A stretch of DNA of 64,000 nt, from IMG/VR virus record IMGVR_UViG_3300006927_000001, positions 17,874 to 81,873 of that record. One strand, written 5' to 3'. The notes under the pieces are model-generated. The model did not search any database and was not told the origin of the DNA. It saw nothing but the letters and a program-made list of their open reading frames with translations. Within the stretch, counting starts at the first letter, position 1. Each line of letters begins with the position of its first letter. Shown one piece after another: positions 18,637 to 30,285 of the stretch. Origin of the DNA: a virus. The translations under genes and the position numbers were made by a program.

Positions 18637-19569
18637 TCATACTCCCCTTCCGGTCATTTTACGCAGATACTTTGCTTTAGGTGAATCACCTTCAAAGATA
18701 GCTGCTTGTGCAGATAAAGTTTCACAACGCTCATCTGATTTTTCACGTGTCATCTGACGGAAGATATGTCCACTTTGAATAATATCCCAAAGAGCCTTAT
18801 ATTCGTTGAACACACTTATTTGAAAGTCTGGAGTGATCTCACATCGATGCTGAGCTACACGTGGCTTATCACCCCATGCAATCTGATCAATAGAAGTCAT
18901 CATTTTTCCACCAACTGGAACACCAGTGATCCAACCGTAGGTTGCTAATTGAACAGCCCAAGTATGTTGTTTGACTTCAAGATTTGGAATCGAATTGTAT
19001 GCAAAGTCACCTTCAAACATGACATATGCATCTTTATGAGGACCATTTACACGTCCAGTAATTGCACGTATGTCAATGTATCCACCAACAGGTGAAGCTT
19101 TAGAGCAATACCCATTGACTTTCCAATCATGTGTTACAGGAAATTGTGGGAGTACATAAGACAAATCAGGTTTTCCAAGCAAAGGAACACCATTGATGTC
19201 TTGTTGAGCAGTAAATTCCATTCGTATGTCTTTGGCTTTACTAAGTGTTGACATCAATGAACGAAGTGCACCACTTGACGTGTACATTTCCATGACTTCA
19301 CGACCAGCTTTCCAAGCAAAATCAAGATTTTGAGATTCCACTTGTGTCGTCATGAGACTATCAAGATCAAATTGTTCATTTCCTTTTCCAAAGATAGCAT
19401 CATGAATATAACACTTGACATAGGCATCAAATGCAGAACCCACCGACATTGGTTCAGTTTGCGGATAACGTGGAGGACGATTATCTGCTAGATACTGAAG
19501 AAAGTATTTCTCAGTGTTAACACGCCAAACACCAAGAGCAGACGGACTCAAATATTCAGGGATTCTCAT
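18637..19569 (-). CDS. PD-(D/E)XK exonuclease-like protein
   Basis: YLSPS, GSAFD, GKPDL, HDWK, and QLATY motifs. Confidence 0.75.
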   Translation of the reverse strand: MRIPEYLSPSALGVWRVNTEKYFLQYLADNRPPRYPQTEPMSVGSAFDAYVKCYIHDAIFGKGNEQFDLDSLMTTQVESQNLDFAWKAGREVMEMYTSSGALRSLMSTLSKAKDIRMEFTAQQDINGVPLLGKPDLSYVLPQFPVTHDWKVNGYCSKASPVGGYIDIRAITGRVNGPHKDAYVMFEGDFAYNSIPNLEVKQHTWAVQLATYGWITGVPVGGKMMTSIDQIAWGDKPRVAQHRCEITPDFQISVFNEYKALWDIIQSGHIFRQMTREKSDERCETLSAQAAIFEGDSPKAKYLRKMTGRGV

Positions 19570-20135
19570 TTTTTTCCACGCCTTACAACGGGTACAAACT
19601 TTTGGTTCACAAACTTCACCTTGTTGGTAGTCATGTACAATGAGACACAACCCATGATCCCTGATCCAATCATACTGTCGTAGGGAAAAAGATCAATGAG
19701 CATTTTTGTATCTTTCACATAAAGATCGATCGGCTGGACCATATACAACTTTCTTACCGTCCCAGACACACCAAACCGGTGACCTATAGACACCGGATCT
19801 GTATCTTGGTTGCGGGTTTCTAGCTCTGACAATCACGAGCATAGCTTTACCTTTCTGTCGTCTGTCATTTCAACAAGTCCTTTGTCAATTAAATCGATCT
19901 AATAATCATTCTTCTGCCTTTGATCTTCAAATTGGATAAAAGGAGATACAACACGTAAAACAGCTACACCGTCAATACAAACCCAGAGCTTATGACCTAA
20001 TGTTCCAATTTGAACACCCACAACTTTAGAAGCAGTGTAATCTTGTAAAATGATCTCTTTCCCATTCTTATCCAACATTATTCAGACTCCTTACGAACAC
20101 GGATCGGTCACAACCACATCGTTCACATACTTCAC

Positions 20136-21152
20136 TCATGAGCGTGCATACCTCGCATCACGTGGAACACCATCATCCGTGAGCCCCTTATAAGCAAACC
20201 TGATCTGCGATCCAATGGGAAAACGTGGATTGTGGCATGAAATTACAATTTCCTCAGGATGCATTCGACCTTCATGGAAAGCATCATCATAACTTTCACC
20301 ACTATGCATCGCACGTTCAGAATCAGTAAAACCACTGATTCCAAATCTTTCACCCTGGAATTCAACAAGAACTGTCCCCATGAGTCCACAAAGTTTACCT
20401 TCACGTCCCCATGTATAGCCAACCACTTGTCCAACATCAAGCTTGAGCTTGGTCACTTTGAGAAGATGCTTAGATCGAACTGTACCATAAAAGGAATCGG
20501 GACTACGAAGCATGAGTCCTTCACCTTCTTTAGAAGTTTCTTGATACAACATCTCATTTAGAACATTTCGAGCCACAGTTTCATTGTCTGGAAGTCGACT
20601 TTGCGAACCACGCATTGGGAGATCACGAATCATGTATTGAAATTGTTGGACAGCAGAATTGACTTTATTTTGAAGAAAAGTCAAACAATCATCAAGAATA
20701 ATGATCTTTTCAAAATTTGGATTATTGATTCGTCCATTTTGAAACAACATCAATGGTGAAGGTTGTTCAAATGTGACAAATTGGATTTTACTCCAACCTG
20801 GACCAGGTAGGAGTGTTGAAACAATTTTTCTTGTTTGTTGAAAGTTTCCACGACCAGACCATAATTCACCATCCAAAAGCATTCCAGTTGGTAAACCATC
20901 TAAAAACCAATCGGGTGCATGGATCACATTACCGTAACGTGACCATAGACCTGTTGCAATTGGACGTTCGAGATAACGCTCATCTTTTTTATTGTTGGCC
21001 CAAGGAACTTCAATCTTTGGAATACCACGAGAAGCTCCGCCATCCCATATGCAGCGTTGGCCATCATACTTTGTTGATACAAACCAGCCACCAATTTTGT
21101 GCTTGCTTGGATTATAAACTTGGGCCAACATAACGAATTCACGGTTGATCAT
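20136..21152 (-). CDS. ATP-dependent DNA ligase
   Basis: KYDG adenylation motif, LDGELW, EGEGLMLR, RSKHLLK, and an OB-fold C-terminus. Confidence 0.93.
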   Translation of the reverse strand: MINREFVMLAQVYNPSKHKIGGWFVSTKYDGQRCIWDGGASRGIPKIEVPWANNKKDERYLERPIATGLWSRYGNVIHAPDWFLDGLPTGMLLDGELWSGRGNFQQTRKIVSTLLPGPGWSKIQFVTFEQPSPLMLFQNGRINNPNFEKIIILDDCLTFLQNKVNSAVQQFQYMIRDLPMRGSQSRLPDNETVARNVLNEMLYQETSKEGEGLMLRSPDSFYGTVRSKHLLKVTKLKLDVGQVVGYTWGREGKLCGLMGTVLVEFQGERFGISGFTDSERAMHSGESYDDAFHEGRMHPEEIVISCHNPRFPIGSQIRFAYKGLTDDGVPRDARYARS

Positions 21153-21466
21153 TTAATAATACTCCCTACTCAACGCCAGTAATTTTCACGTGTAACGTAA
21201 AAATAGAAAGAAATTACGTCAGTTTGATACAAGCAGGTATCAAACCCAACAATCCTAGGAATCCACGTCTTTGCATGGTTATCTCTCCTTGAAGATTTTC
21301 AGAATATCGGATTCAGTATCAACGATCACGGGTTTTCCTTTAGGTGAATCCATGAAAGTTCTAACATTTGCTCCTGAACCAAGTTCAATGAGTTCGTTAA
21401 TACACTCATTACATGTATGATCACACATAATATTGTCACAAGAATTTCTACTACATTGTAGCATAC

Positions 21467-21991
21467 TCATGAGGGCACCTCCAATGAATAATCAAATTGT
21501 TTGAAATCTCTATAAGCCCACCGACAAACAGCCCCAACATTTGCAAGATCACCATAGTAATCTTCATTAAAAGGTTTTGACACATTCAAGTGTTCCATGT
21601 TCATAGGTAGATCAGCATCCTTCAAACATGATTCTATGTACTCAAGTTTCCAATACTGATAAGGGTGTTTGAATTTCTCCATCATTGTACTGATAGAAGA
21701 ATTCCAAGGATTCTGTATCAAAGATGTTTGAACAAAATCCTTCCACATGATATCTTCGTAGTTAGCCAACCAATGCAAGTACAAAGAAATCGCACGTGTA
21801 TAAGGATTACGAACCACAACAAAGTATGGTCCTGTTTCTCCGTATGGTAAATGTATACCGTGTTTCTCAATCGTACCATTTAATTGTGGACCTAAGATCA
21901 CTTGTCCCGGCGGACAAAGGTGACGATGAAGAGACGATGAACCCGTTTTACAGGGTGTCAGTATAATTCTACCATCTGGTAATCGAATCAC
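21467..21991 (-). CDS. sulfotransferase family 2-like protein (paralog of 10426..10935)
   Basis: PCKTGSSSLHRHLCPPG and VRNPYTRAISLY. Confidence 0.8.
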   Translation of the reverse strand: MIRLPDGRIILTPCKTGSSSLHRHLCPPGQVILGPQLNGTIEKHGIHLPYGETGPYFVVVRNPYTRAISLYLHWLANYEDIMWKDFVQTSLIQNPWNSSISTMMEKFKHPYQYWKLEYIESCLKDADLPMNMEHLNVSKPFNEDYYGDLANVGAVCRWAYRDFKQFDYSLEVPS

Positions 21992-22209
21992 GGCTCTACT
22001 GCTCCTGAAAGTTTTTTATTGACTTCCTGAACAATAGGAAGAAAATTTTTGGTAAATGCTTTACCATACTTGCCCGTTTGCTTATATAGCAAATGCCGTG
22101 TGGCTTTTTGATCGTCTTCTGATAAGAGATCATATTGACGAACTAGATCTGAAATCCCCATCAAAGCAATTTTCAATTTGGCGGCAACATCTATCACTTG
22201 TGGCATGTT

Positions 22210-22836
22210 TTATTCCTCATAAAAAGTGCCAATTTTAGCCAAAATCTTGTTACGACGAACACTTGTAAAACGTTCTGAAACTTTAAGTTCAGCTGCAGTT
22301 TCTTTATTCGTGTAACCAAGTAACAAAAAATGAAGAATTCTTTTTTCAACCTCATCCTCAACAGAAAGATCACAAATCTCTCTTACTTCAAGAGGTAAAT
22401 TTGGAACTTTTAAATCTGTTACATCATGTTTCCACCTTTCTGACGCTAGATCAGTAAAACAAACTTCACGATGTTGATCCATGGTTTTTCCTTTAACAGG
22501 ATTTCCACCGACCAATTCTGTACGCATTGCCCAATTTAATCTTACACGAATGTATGCAGTTAAATTGTTATCCCTCGCAATTGAAGGAAATCGAATAACA
22601 GCATCCACAAGTGTTATAAAACCAACTTCAACAAAATCGTCTTCTTTTCTTGGGCAAAATCCCGTAAACAGAGATGCAGTTGAGACTGAAAGACTCATAT
22701 GTCCAAGAATCAAACGATCTCTTTGTGTTTCATCTCCTTCTAAATAAGCATCAACGGATTCAAGATATGTGTTTTCATCTAGCCGCGGCGGAATTGTAAA
22801 AGGAAGTTTGATCGAGTATCCTCTAGCCATTGTCAC
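22210..22836 (-). CDS. sigma70-family RNA polymerase sigma factor-like protein
   Basis: Region 2 (RDRLILGH..L, DDFVEVGFITLVDAVIRF, TAYIRVRL) and region 4 HTH (GYTNKETAAELKVS). Confidence 0.8.
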   Translation of the reverse strand: MTMARGYSIKLPFTIPPRLDENTYLESVDAYLEGDETQRDRLILGHMSLSVSTASLFTGFCPRKEDDFVEVGFITLVDAVIRFPSIARDNNLTAYIRVRLNWAMRTELVGGNPVKGKTMDQHREVCFTDLASERWKHDVTDLKVPNLPLEVREICDLSVEDEVEKRILHFLLLGYTNKETAAELKVSERFTSVRRNKILAKIGTFYEE

Positions 22837-23003
22837 TCCATTGATTTAGGTTCCTTTTTAATTAACTCAGATCGTAATATTTTAACGTTAGAGGGAGCTT
22901 CAATACCTAAACGAATTTTATCACCAGCGATTCTGACTACAGTGATTACAATATTACCATCAATCACAATAGTTTCTTGTTCCTTGCGTGACAATACTAA
23001 CAT
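22833..23003 (-). CDS. csrA: carbon storage regulator CsrA/RsmA
   Basis: Manual translation: MLVLSRKEQETIVIDGNIVITVVRIAGDKIRLGIEAPSNVKILRSELIKKEPKSME (56 aa, missed by the ORF track). Confidence 0.95.
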   Translation of the reverse strand: MLVLSRKEQETIVIDGNIVITVVRIAGDKIRLGIEAPSNVKILRSELIKKEPKSME

Positions 23004-23254
23004 TATTTACAATCCTTGTAAAAGATTTTTTCTTCAACTGTGAAATGTTTTTCTGGATTCAATACTTGTTCAACTTTTGCAAGGGCATCCAAACACCCTT
23101 TAATCGATCTGAAACCTTTTGGTCGACCCATGGCCAATGTCTTACGATTTGAATGCTTCAAGAACCATTGATAGTGTGAAGGTATCTTGTATCCTTCAAC
23201 TTGTTCATCGTATTGTTCCTCAATAAAATGGATCTCGAATCGTGGATTCTTCAT
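23003..23254 (-). CDS. DUF1508/YegP-like protein
   Basis: YQWFLKHSNRKTLAMG..KGF.SIKGC...L..V. Confidence 0.65.
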   Translation of the reverse strand: MKNPRFEIHFIEEQYDEQVEGYKIPSHYQWFLKHSNRKTLAMGRPKGFRSIKGCLDALAKVEQVLNPEKHFTVEEKIFYKDCK

Positions 23255-23844
23255 TCTAATGCCTTCATACGTGTGAGTTCGGGATAATTTACATACGGAA
23301 TCTGACCCAACAATCCTTCATCATCATACAAGGCATATGCACGATCAATCACATCCTTGTCAGAATAGACACTGATAATTTCTGACATCAAACGTGCATA
23401 TTTAGGATATTTTTTCTCCCAAGGTTCACGATTAGTTAAATGTGTACCAATTGTCGTTTTAGGTAGTTGTGTATGACATTGAACACAACAAAATGCCCAT
23501 GAACTTCCACGACAAGGACGATCCCACACATCTTTCAAGTCTTCTCTACCACACAGATCACAGTCTGGTAAAGGATCTCGCACAATAGTTTTCATTCCCA
23601 TCTCCCATCCCTGTGGATATCAGAGTATGATCTAGCGTCTTCTGCTTCAATTTCATCTTCTTGTTCGTCTTGAAAACCCCATCTTTCGTAATCATCATCC
23701 CCATTACGCAAACAACTTACACAAAGTGATGATCTAGAATTAATAGAAACAGTTGCACCACAAATGCATTTCATATTAAGTTGTTGTCCAGATTCATCAA
23801 AATCAGGACAAAGACCTCTTTCGTGACCACAACAAGGCCAATCT

Positions 23845-23937
23845 TCACATTGTTTCATCGTTCTTCTCCTTATAAAAGTACAGACTCCAGACGGCTACGA
23901 CACCGACTAGATTGATCGTGATGATGAAAGCTTCCAT
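23845..23937 (-). CDS. 30-aa membrane peptide
   Basis: Manual translation MEAFIITINLVGVVAVWSLYFYKEKNDETM, with AAGGAG RBS. Confidence 0.55.
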   Translation of the reverse strand: MEAFIITINLVGVVAVWSLYFYKEKNDETM

Positions 23938-23980
23938 GTTTTAGACTCCTTAGTCGGACACGATAACTTGGATTCCGAGG

Positions 23981-24508
23981 TTACTCCTCGATCAGAAAGA
24001 CGGATGCAGCTTCAATCGCTCCTTGGGCATCCGTCAACAATGCAGGACCGACTCGGAGAAAGTTTTCGCCGTCGAGACGAGCCCAGCCAGTTCCGCTGAC
24101 GATGTTTCGGCAGACCGAAAGCGGAGATCGGTTCTCGCCAATGACCGCCACAATCACCAGTTCGGCACCGGCATCGGCTGCAGCCTGGGCTTTTGTGAAT
24201 TCCTCGGTATCGTTCTTGACGTCGTTGTCGGCGAGATAGTCTGCCATAGTGTAGCAAAGCAGACTCTGTTTGGCATATTCGGCGTTGTTGTTCTCAACCA
24301 AGGCGTGGGCAGTAGCCCGGCTGACGGTCGGGATGAAGGCATCGCGGTGATGCTTCATCACCGCTGCAAACGTCAGGTTAGTTTCGATCACCTTGACCTG
24401 TCGCGGTGGAAACATGCTAGGCGGAATCGGGGTGGCACCGGGGGCAGCGAGTGCCGCAAGTTCGTTGGTGATTTCGACGCGACAAACGTTGGAGATATGT
24501 GGTTTCAT
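23981..24508 (-). CDS. hypothetical protein (GC-rich gene)
   Basis: ORF with likely start MKPHIS after GAGG; composition differs from its neighbours. Confidence 0.7.
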   Translation of the reverse strand: MKPHISNVCRVEITNELAALAAPGATPIPPSMFPPRQVKVIETNLTFAAVMKHHRDAFIPTVSRATAHALVENNNAEYAKQSLLCYTMADYLADNDVKNDTEEFTKAQAAADAGAELVIVAVIGENRSPLSVCRNIVSGTGWARLDGENFLRVGPALLTDAQGAIEAASVFLIEE

Positions 24509-26120
24509 GTGGGCCTCGTGGGATTGGTTCGTTCTACTGAGAGTGTCTAAAGTTCTCTTCATTTCAAGAGCATAACTAAGTAAACGTAAACGAAGAATAA
24601 TTTTATCCACTCTCCATGATCATCATACATCTTTCAAAATCATCGGCTGTAGCATCTTGGCCAGACTCACGAAGATCTGGAATCAAACACTTTTCCAAAT
24701 AATCGATCATCAATTGTCTACACTCTTGCCAATTTTGCCATTGCCATGTTTCATTACATTGAGGACAAGTAATCTTATCAGAAGGTCCAGGTGTTTGACC
24801 ATCTTCTAATTCAGGTTCCTCAATACCTTGACCACATCCTGGACAATTATTCGACATGGTGACGTGTCTCCAGTGTTTGAAGTCCTCGACGGCTATTTTC
24901 CCAAAGAACACGTATCATTGTTACTTCATGTAACTTGTTACAAACGGCTTCGATGTCCATGTCTTCCAGCCCTGCTTTTCGCATTACTGAACAAAGATCA
25001 TGAACTAAATCACGATTTTCTTCAACTTCCATACGGATCGTAATAACACCATCTTGTTCTTTAACAAAATTTGCAACAAATGAAAAGTCACGTTCAGTTT
25101 TCATCTTCATATCCTTTGGCTGCTGTTTCAAAAGCCCGGCGAGCTTGATCAACATTTTCACATTTTTCAATAAACCACATGTCCATACTACTTAGCCATA
25201 AAGATTTCGTTTCGGGAATACTTTTACACAATCTTCCCTAGCTGTCTTTCTGTCAATGTGTTTCCAATAATCAACTCCCATGTGTCGTTGTTCAAGATAC
25301 GGGATCATATGTTCAGCAAGATCGATGTCAACCCACTTCCAACCCAGAATTGACACAATTGTGACTGCTAAAGGTTGATCAATCTTTGCTTCCAATTTCA
25401 GAAGAAGCTGTTTCACTTCTGCCAGTTCTTCTTTTAACATCAAGTCTCCTTTGCCAATCTGCACGTGTATCAATAACACGTAAAGGTTTCCAACTGAATA
25501 ATTCACTTAAACGAAAATCATTTTGATGTGGTAAACTATGTGATGGATTCCACATCGTGACTACTCCGACATCAAGTCGAAAATTTGTAAAAATGCACGT
25601 GTGTTCAACGTCACCAGAATAACGTTTAATTTCACAAAGAACCCAATCAGTATCCTTGAATTCAATCATACTTCAACTTCTTCCATAGGTTCAATCACAA
25701 CACTAGAAGGTACATAATTTTCACGTACTTTATCTTCCACAATCAAAGGTGCAACATATTTGATAGGTGCTAAGATTTTATCTATCATTTTCTTTTCAGC
25801 AGATGAAGCAAAATGACGTATATTTTCCAAAACTCTGCACCAATGATCAGTGATCTTGGAATCAACTTCTCGTTCACGTACCATAGTACACAAGCCAGGC
25901 CATTTTAAGTCCCAAACTTTGTGACTAATCTGTTCAACCCAAATAGACCAAGTTTCACCATTTGGATGTTCGATCACAAATTGTGTAGCATTACGTTCTT
26001 GAATGAAACCACGTTTTCGTTCTTTGTGGTGATCCTTGAACTCAACCATCTCACCAATTGTGTATTTGTCTGCCATACGCATACGACGACGTTTCTTTTC
26101 GGCTGTTGTTTCTTTCTTAC

Positions 26121-26501
26121 TCATATTCTATCCAATACATGTGAAGAAATATCCATATATCTACCAGTATGTACATTGACATACCATGTACGACCATCAA
26201 TATAGCAGCACAAAACTGTCATACCAGTACCACGTACAGTGAAATAAGTTCCCCAATCATCATTGTCCCAATCATCGTACCAATCATCGTACCAATCATC
26301 GTACCAATCGTTTTCTTCCCATTCTTGAGTTTGACTGTATTCTAATTGGTCTTCCCAATCATCTTCCCAATCATCTTCCAAAGGTTCAACGATCATGGGT
26401 TCAACGATCATGGGTTGATAATACTCATCAATTGCTTGATTGTGATACTTTTCTAACAAAACACTCACACGAGTATGTGCATTTTTTGATCCACTAGCCA
26501 T
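26121..26501 (-). CDS. acidic/aromatic repeat protein
   Basis: PMIVE x2, EDDW and DDWY repeats encoded by 15-bp and 12-bp tandem repeats. Confidence 0.65.
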   Translation of the reverse strand: MASGSKNAHTRVSVLLEKYHNQAIDEYYQPMIVEPMIVEPLEDDWEDDWEDQLEYSQTQEWEENDWYDDWYDDWYDDWDNDDWGTYFTVRGTGMTVLCCYIDGRTWYVNVHTGRYMDISSHVLDRI

Positions 26502-29500
26502 TCTTATGTTCCTTCAAAGGATCGATTTCACATCTGTGTAAAACACAACTAACATGACCAAACTCCTATAACTGGCATAACATTTCCGCCTCTTTAAGAC
26601 TAATGACTTCTTGATGACTGAAACAAGCTTTTATTGCCTCAGATCGTCTTGACCATTTACGAGCAGATTCCAGATCATGTGATACATTCGACTTTTTACA
26701 TTTGAACCAACGAACACCACAATGCACCCACGTAATGACATACAGTTGTTGACTCACATGTCGATGGTGCTTGGGTTTCATACTACGTTCATCTTTACGA
26801 CGGATCATTTTAATACCCTCGCTCGAATTTCTTCTTCGGTGGGTAATACTTCCTCAGATGGAAATGTAATATCTCCAGCATAGGGAACAAGAAGACCTTT
26901 TTCCGTTAAGTAACTCATGACCCTTGATGCCAGATCCTTGTCACATCGTTCATGATTTTCACGAACAGTGTGCTCGATCATCCTTGAAATTGGCGACCTC
27001 CATCCCGGTGGAATAGAAGATGGATTTTCCTTCCGATCTTCTTCATGTTGTTTGCGATAATGTTCAAGTTTCTTGACTACTTGGCGATACGTTTTCTTAC
27101 TTAGAAGCAATGTTTCGCTTGCTTGATAATCAATCATGTCAACCCTTTCAATCGAACGAAATCCTCATGAGTATGATAATCAACGATCTTCACATCTTCC
27201 AGGGGTTTAGCAATAATAAAAACACGTAGATGATCCAGCGGCAATGGATCTTCATTTCTAATATGAAATCCAGTATCTCTTGTTTTGGATACAGCACCAT
27301 CTTTGTATTCTGTAATTTCAAAGAGTTTTTGATACTCTACAACAGCTTTGTGAGCTTCCATCAAATCTCTCCTTTCAATACGTCCAGTATGTTGTGAAAT
27401 CTTCATTCTTTTTGTTCTCTGCCCACGTAGGACAACTCAAAGATGCTTGACGATGATTGGATTCTCGTTCAACAAAACCTCTTTTTTGTGCCATCAAATC
27501 CATATGGCTAATTGGAACATCACTATTGGGCTGATAACCACGATCCAAGGTATAAAAATCCTTAGAAGGTTCATGTACAATGAGTACATATACGTCAGCC
27601 ATTGAATGTACATAAAGTAAACGATCTGCCATCCATTGACCATCTTCAAAGTGATAGCCACGATCGCAATATGGACAATCCACGTACATTTGATTTTTAC
27701 ATGTACGCTTTACAACAGCATGGAATCTTTCAATATGTTTGTCACACCTGGCTATCATCTGATACTCCTTGTACAGCGGCTTTGAGACATGCCCCTATAA
27801 TACATTTGTCAACTATAGGGTGATGTATGCTTTCACTATTTTCAGGAAACACGAAAGCACTCCATTTACCCTCAACCCAGTTAACACGGAGAACGTAACC
27901 ATGTTCTTTCAACCAAGGAACCAAGATCATTTCAACTTGTTGCCAAGTTCCGACATTTGGAACTTCACCTAATGGGGGCATTTCAAATGTATGCGGTGAA
28001 CCACAGGCTTCCCATACTTTCATCATACCTTCCATAGCCTTTCGTGGAAATCCAGCATAATTAATTTTTACTGCACGTAACCAATCAATAAAGTCACGTT
28101 GATCTTGCATCGACGACAACATAGCAAATTCCTTTCGATCTAAGGTTCGTTTGAGCATGATTCACCATCCACATCTGCAACGAAACCTTTCAAGAACGTC
28201 TGACGAAAACTAATACGTTTAGTGACAGACATCGTAGACAACTGAGCATAACGACTTTCACCACCAAGAAACGTTTTTGTATCCATACGAATACGATTCA
28301 TTTTGGCAGCTAATCTGTTAGCCAAGTTTGACATCCATTTTGCCAGATCCTTGTCACATCGTTCATTTGATCTTTCAGGAATATGCTCAGTCATACAGCG
28401 TAACTGACCAATTACACCGTTAATTGCATCGGCGGCATTGGACAACTGATGCATGGCGTAGGCTTCTTGAGTTGTCACTTCACCTTCATCCGTCGGTGAG
28501 CCACAAGCTTTCCATATATCAAATGTCCAATGAATATTGTGTTCAAGACCTATTTCTTTTGATCTTGCCCATGCAAAGAAACGATTTTCAACTTCCATGT
28601 CTCTGAGATCATTGTCCGTGAGTTCGGTGTCATCGTCAACGAAATCAGTGTCTTCAAAGATAGCCTCAGCTTGTTCTTCGTTGGGTTCCCTTAAAATTTT
28701 AGTTATGTCGAACATAACTATCCCATCCATGGCAATCTGTTCAATCAATAGAAGTGTATCTTCTCCTGATTCAAGATCAAACTTTTGACCATTACACTCA
28801 ACAATTGGATTAGTATGAATGTACCCTCTAGCAAGTACCATTATTTGGTCTAATGGTTTATTAGGCCATTCACATTCTTCTAGTCCTTTGTAAAGTAACA
28901 TCACTCACCATCCTTTCGGAGTTCGTTCCTGAATGCTTGATGAAGCCAGTCGAGAGCTGGTTCAAGATCCTTCAATTCGGTGAGTGTAGTGTCCACGTCA
29001 TCAGGAAGTGAACCTTCATAACCATCTGCAAATTCATCAAGCACACGATGAGCCAGGTTCAATGAACGTGACACAGATGCCCAATGTCGAAGTCTCTTTA
29101 CGTAAGGACATTCAGAGATGTCAATGATCACTGAATCTTTGATACTAATGGCAATTTGCTCAATAGCTAAGAGAGTTTCTTCATCAGATTCAAGATCAAA
29201 TACTTGACCCTGAATATGAATAACATTATCTTCTGTTGAATAACCACGAGCCAACAATGTAATTTGTTGAACAGGATCATCAGACCATTCACAAGTTTCT
29301 TCTCCGTTGAACATTAACATCATGATACTGAATCCTTCCGGGAAAGTGGGGGAACATCTGCACAGCTAGTGCAGGCATAGAAGGTGCCGCGATACTCACG
29401 TATCGTTTCGAGCACACATAATACCCATCCGCGTCGCAACTCCCAGGTTGCACGACGCATGTCTTGTGGACGAGCATGTCTCAATTGTTGTTTTATCGAT

Positions 29501-30218
29501 GTCATGCAATGGATATTTCCAAGCCGTTGCCGCACCATACCTCTGTTAGAACCAGATAGCCTTGTAACTGGTCTCACGATCTTCATTAGACTCTCCTTTT
29601 GATCTCCAGTTCACATTGACGAGCTATACTTTTAGCTTCTTCTTCAACTTCATCATCCACAGCAACAACCTTGCTTCTTGTCTGCAGGATTTTCAATAAC
29701 AGTTCCAAGGTTTTTGTGTCAATGGTCGTGTAGTGGTAGGCAGGGAGGGGTAAGACTCCAAGCCAGAAAATACTCAGCATCCTCAGCTCTAGCTACTTCC
29801 TCTCTCCAGAAGGGTATAAACCCTCCTACTCCATTCACCTGGGGAGTACTCCAGGGGCCATGCCATGGCCTAGGCCACCAGCAACTCATGGTAACTTTCT
29901 TCTCGGCCTTGATCTGAGCAGTCAGCTTCTTGAAACGTCGTTTCTTTGTAGCAATCATGCTTCTTTCTCCTTTGTAATAAAAGGTGACCCGCCCGTAGAC
30001 GGGCACCCACAACTCATTCTCCCACCTGCCTAGATAGAATCACGCTTTCTCCTTCTTATTCTTTCTTTGTCTTGGCATATATCGCATCGATACTTCCATT
30101 GATTCCTTGGTTGTCCGCAATGCATACAGTTTCCATTTTTGAGTTGCTTTGCTTGCCAATCAGTTTGTTTCGACATTTATTTCCTCGGCGGCTGGATATC
30201 GAATCCTTCCCTCTGTGA

Positions 30219-30285
30219 ATCTGAACCAAAGAATTGTGATCAATCAATTTCGCTAATTGCAGCTAATCGACTTTCATATTCTTCA
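30219..30285. repeat. 67-bp direct repeat of 32127-32193 (3' end of nrdJ)
   Basis: 65 of 67 bases identical by eye. Confidence 0.95.
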
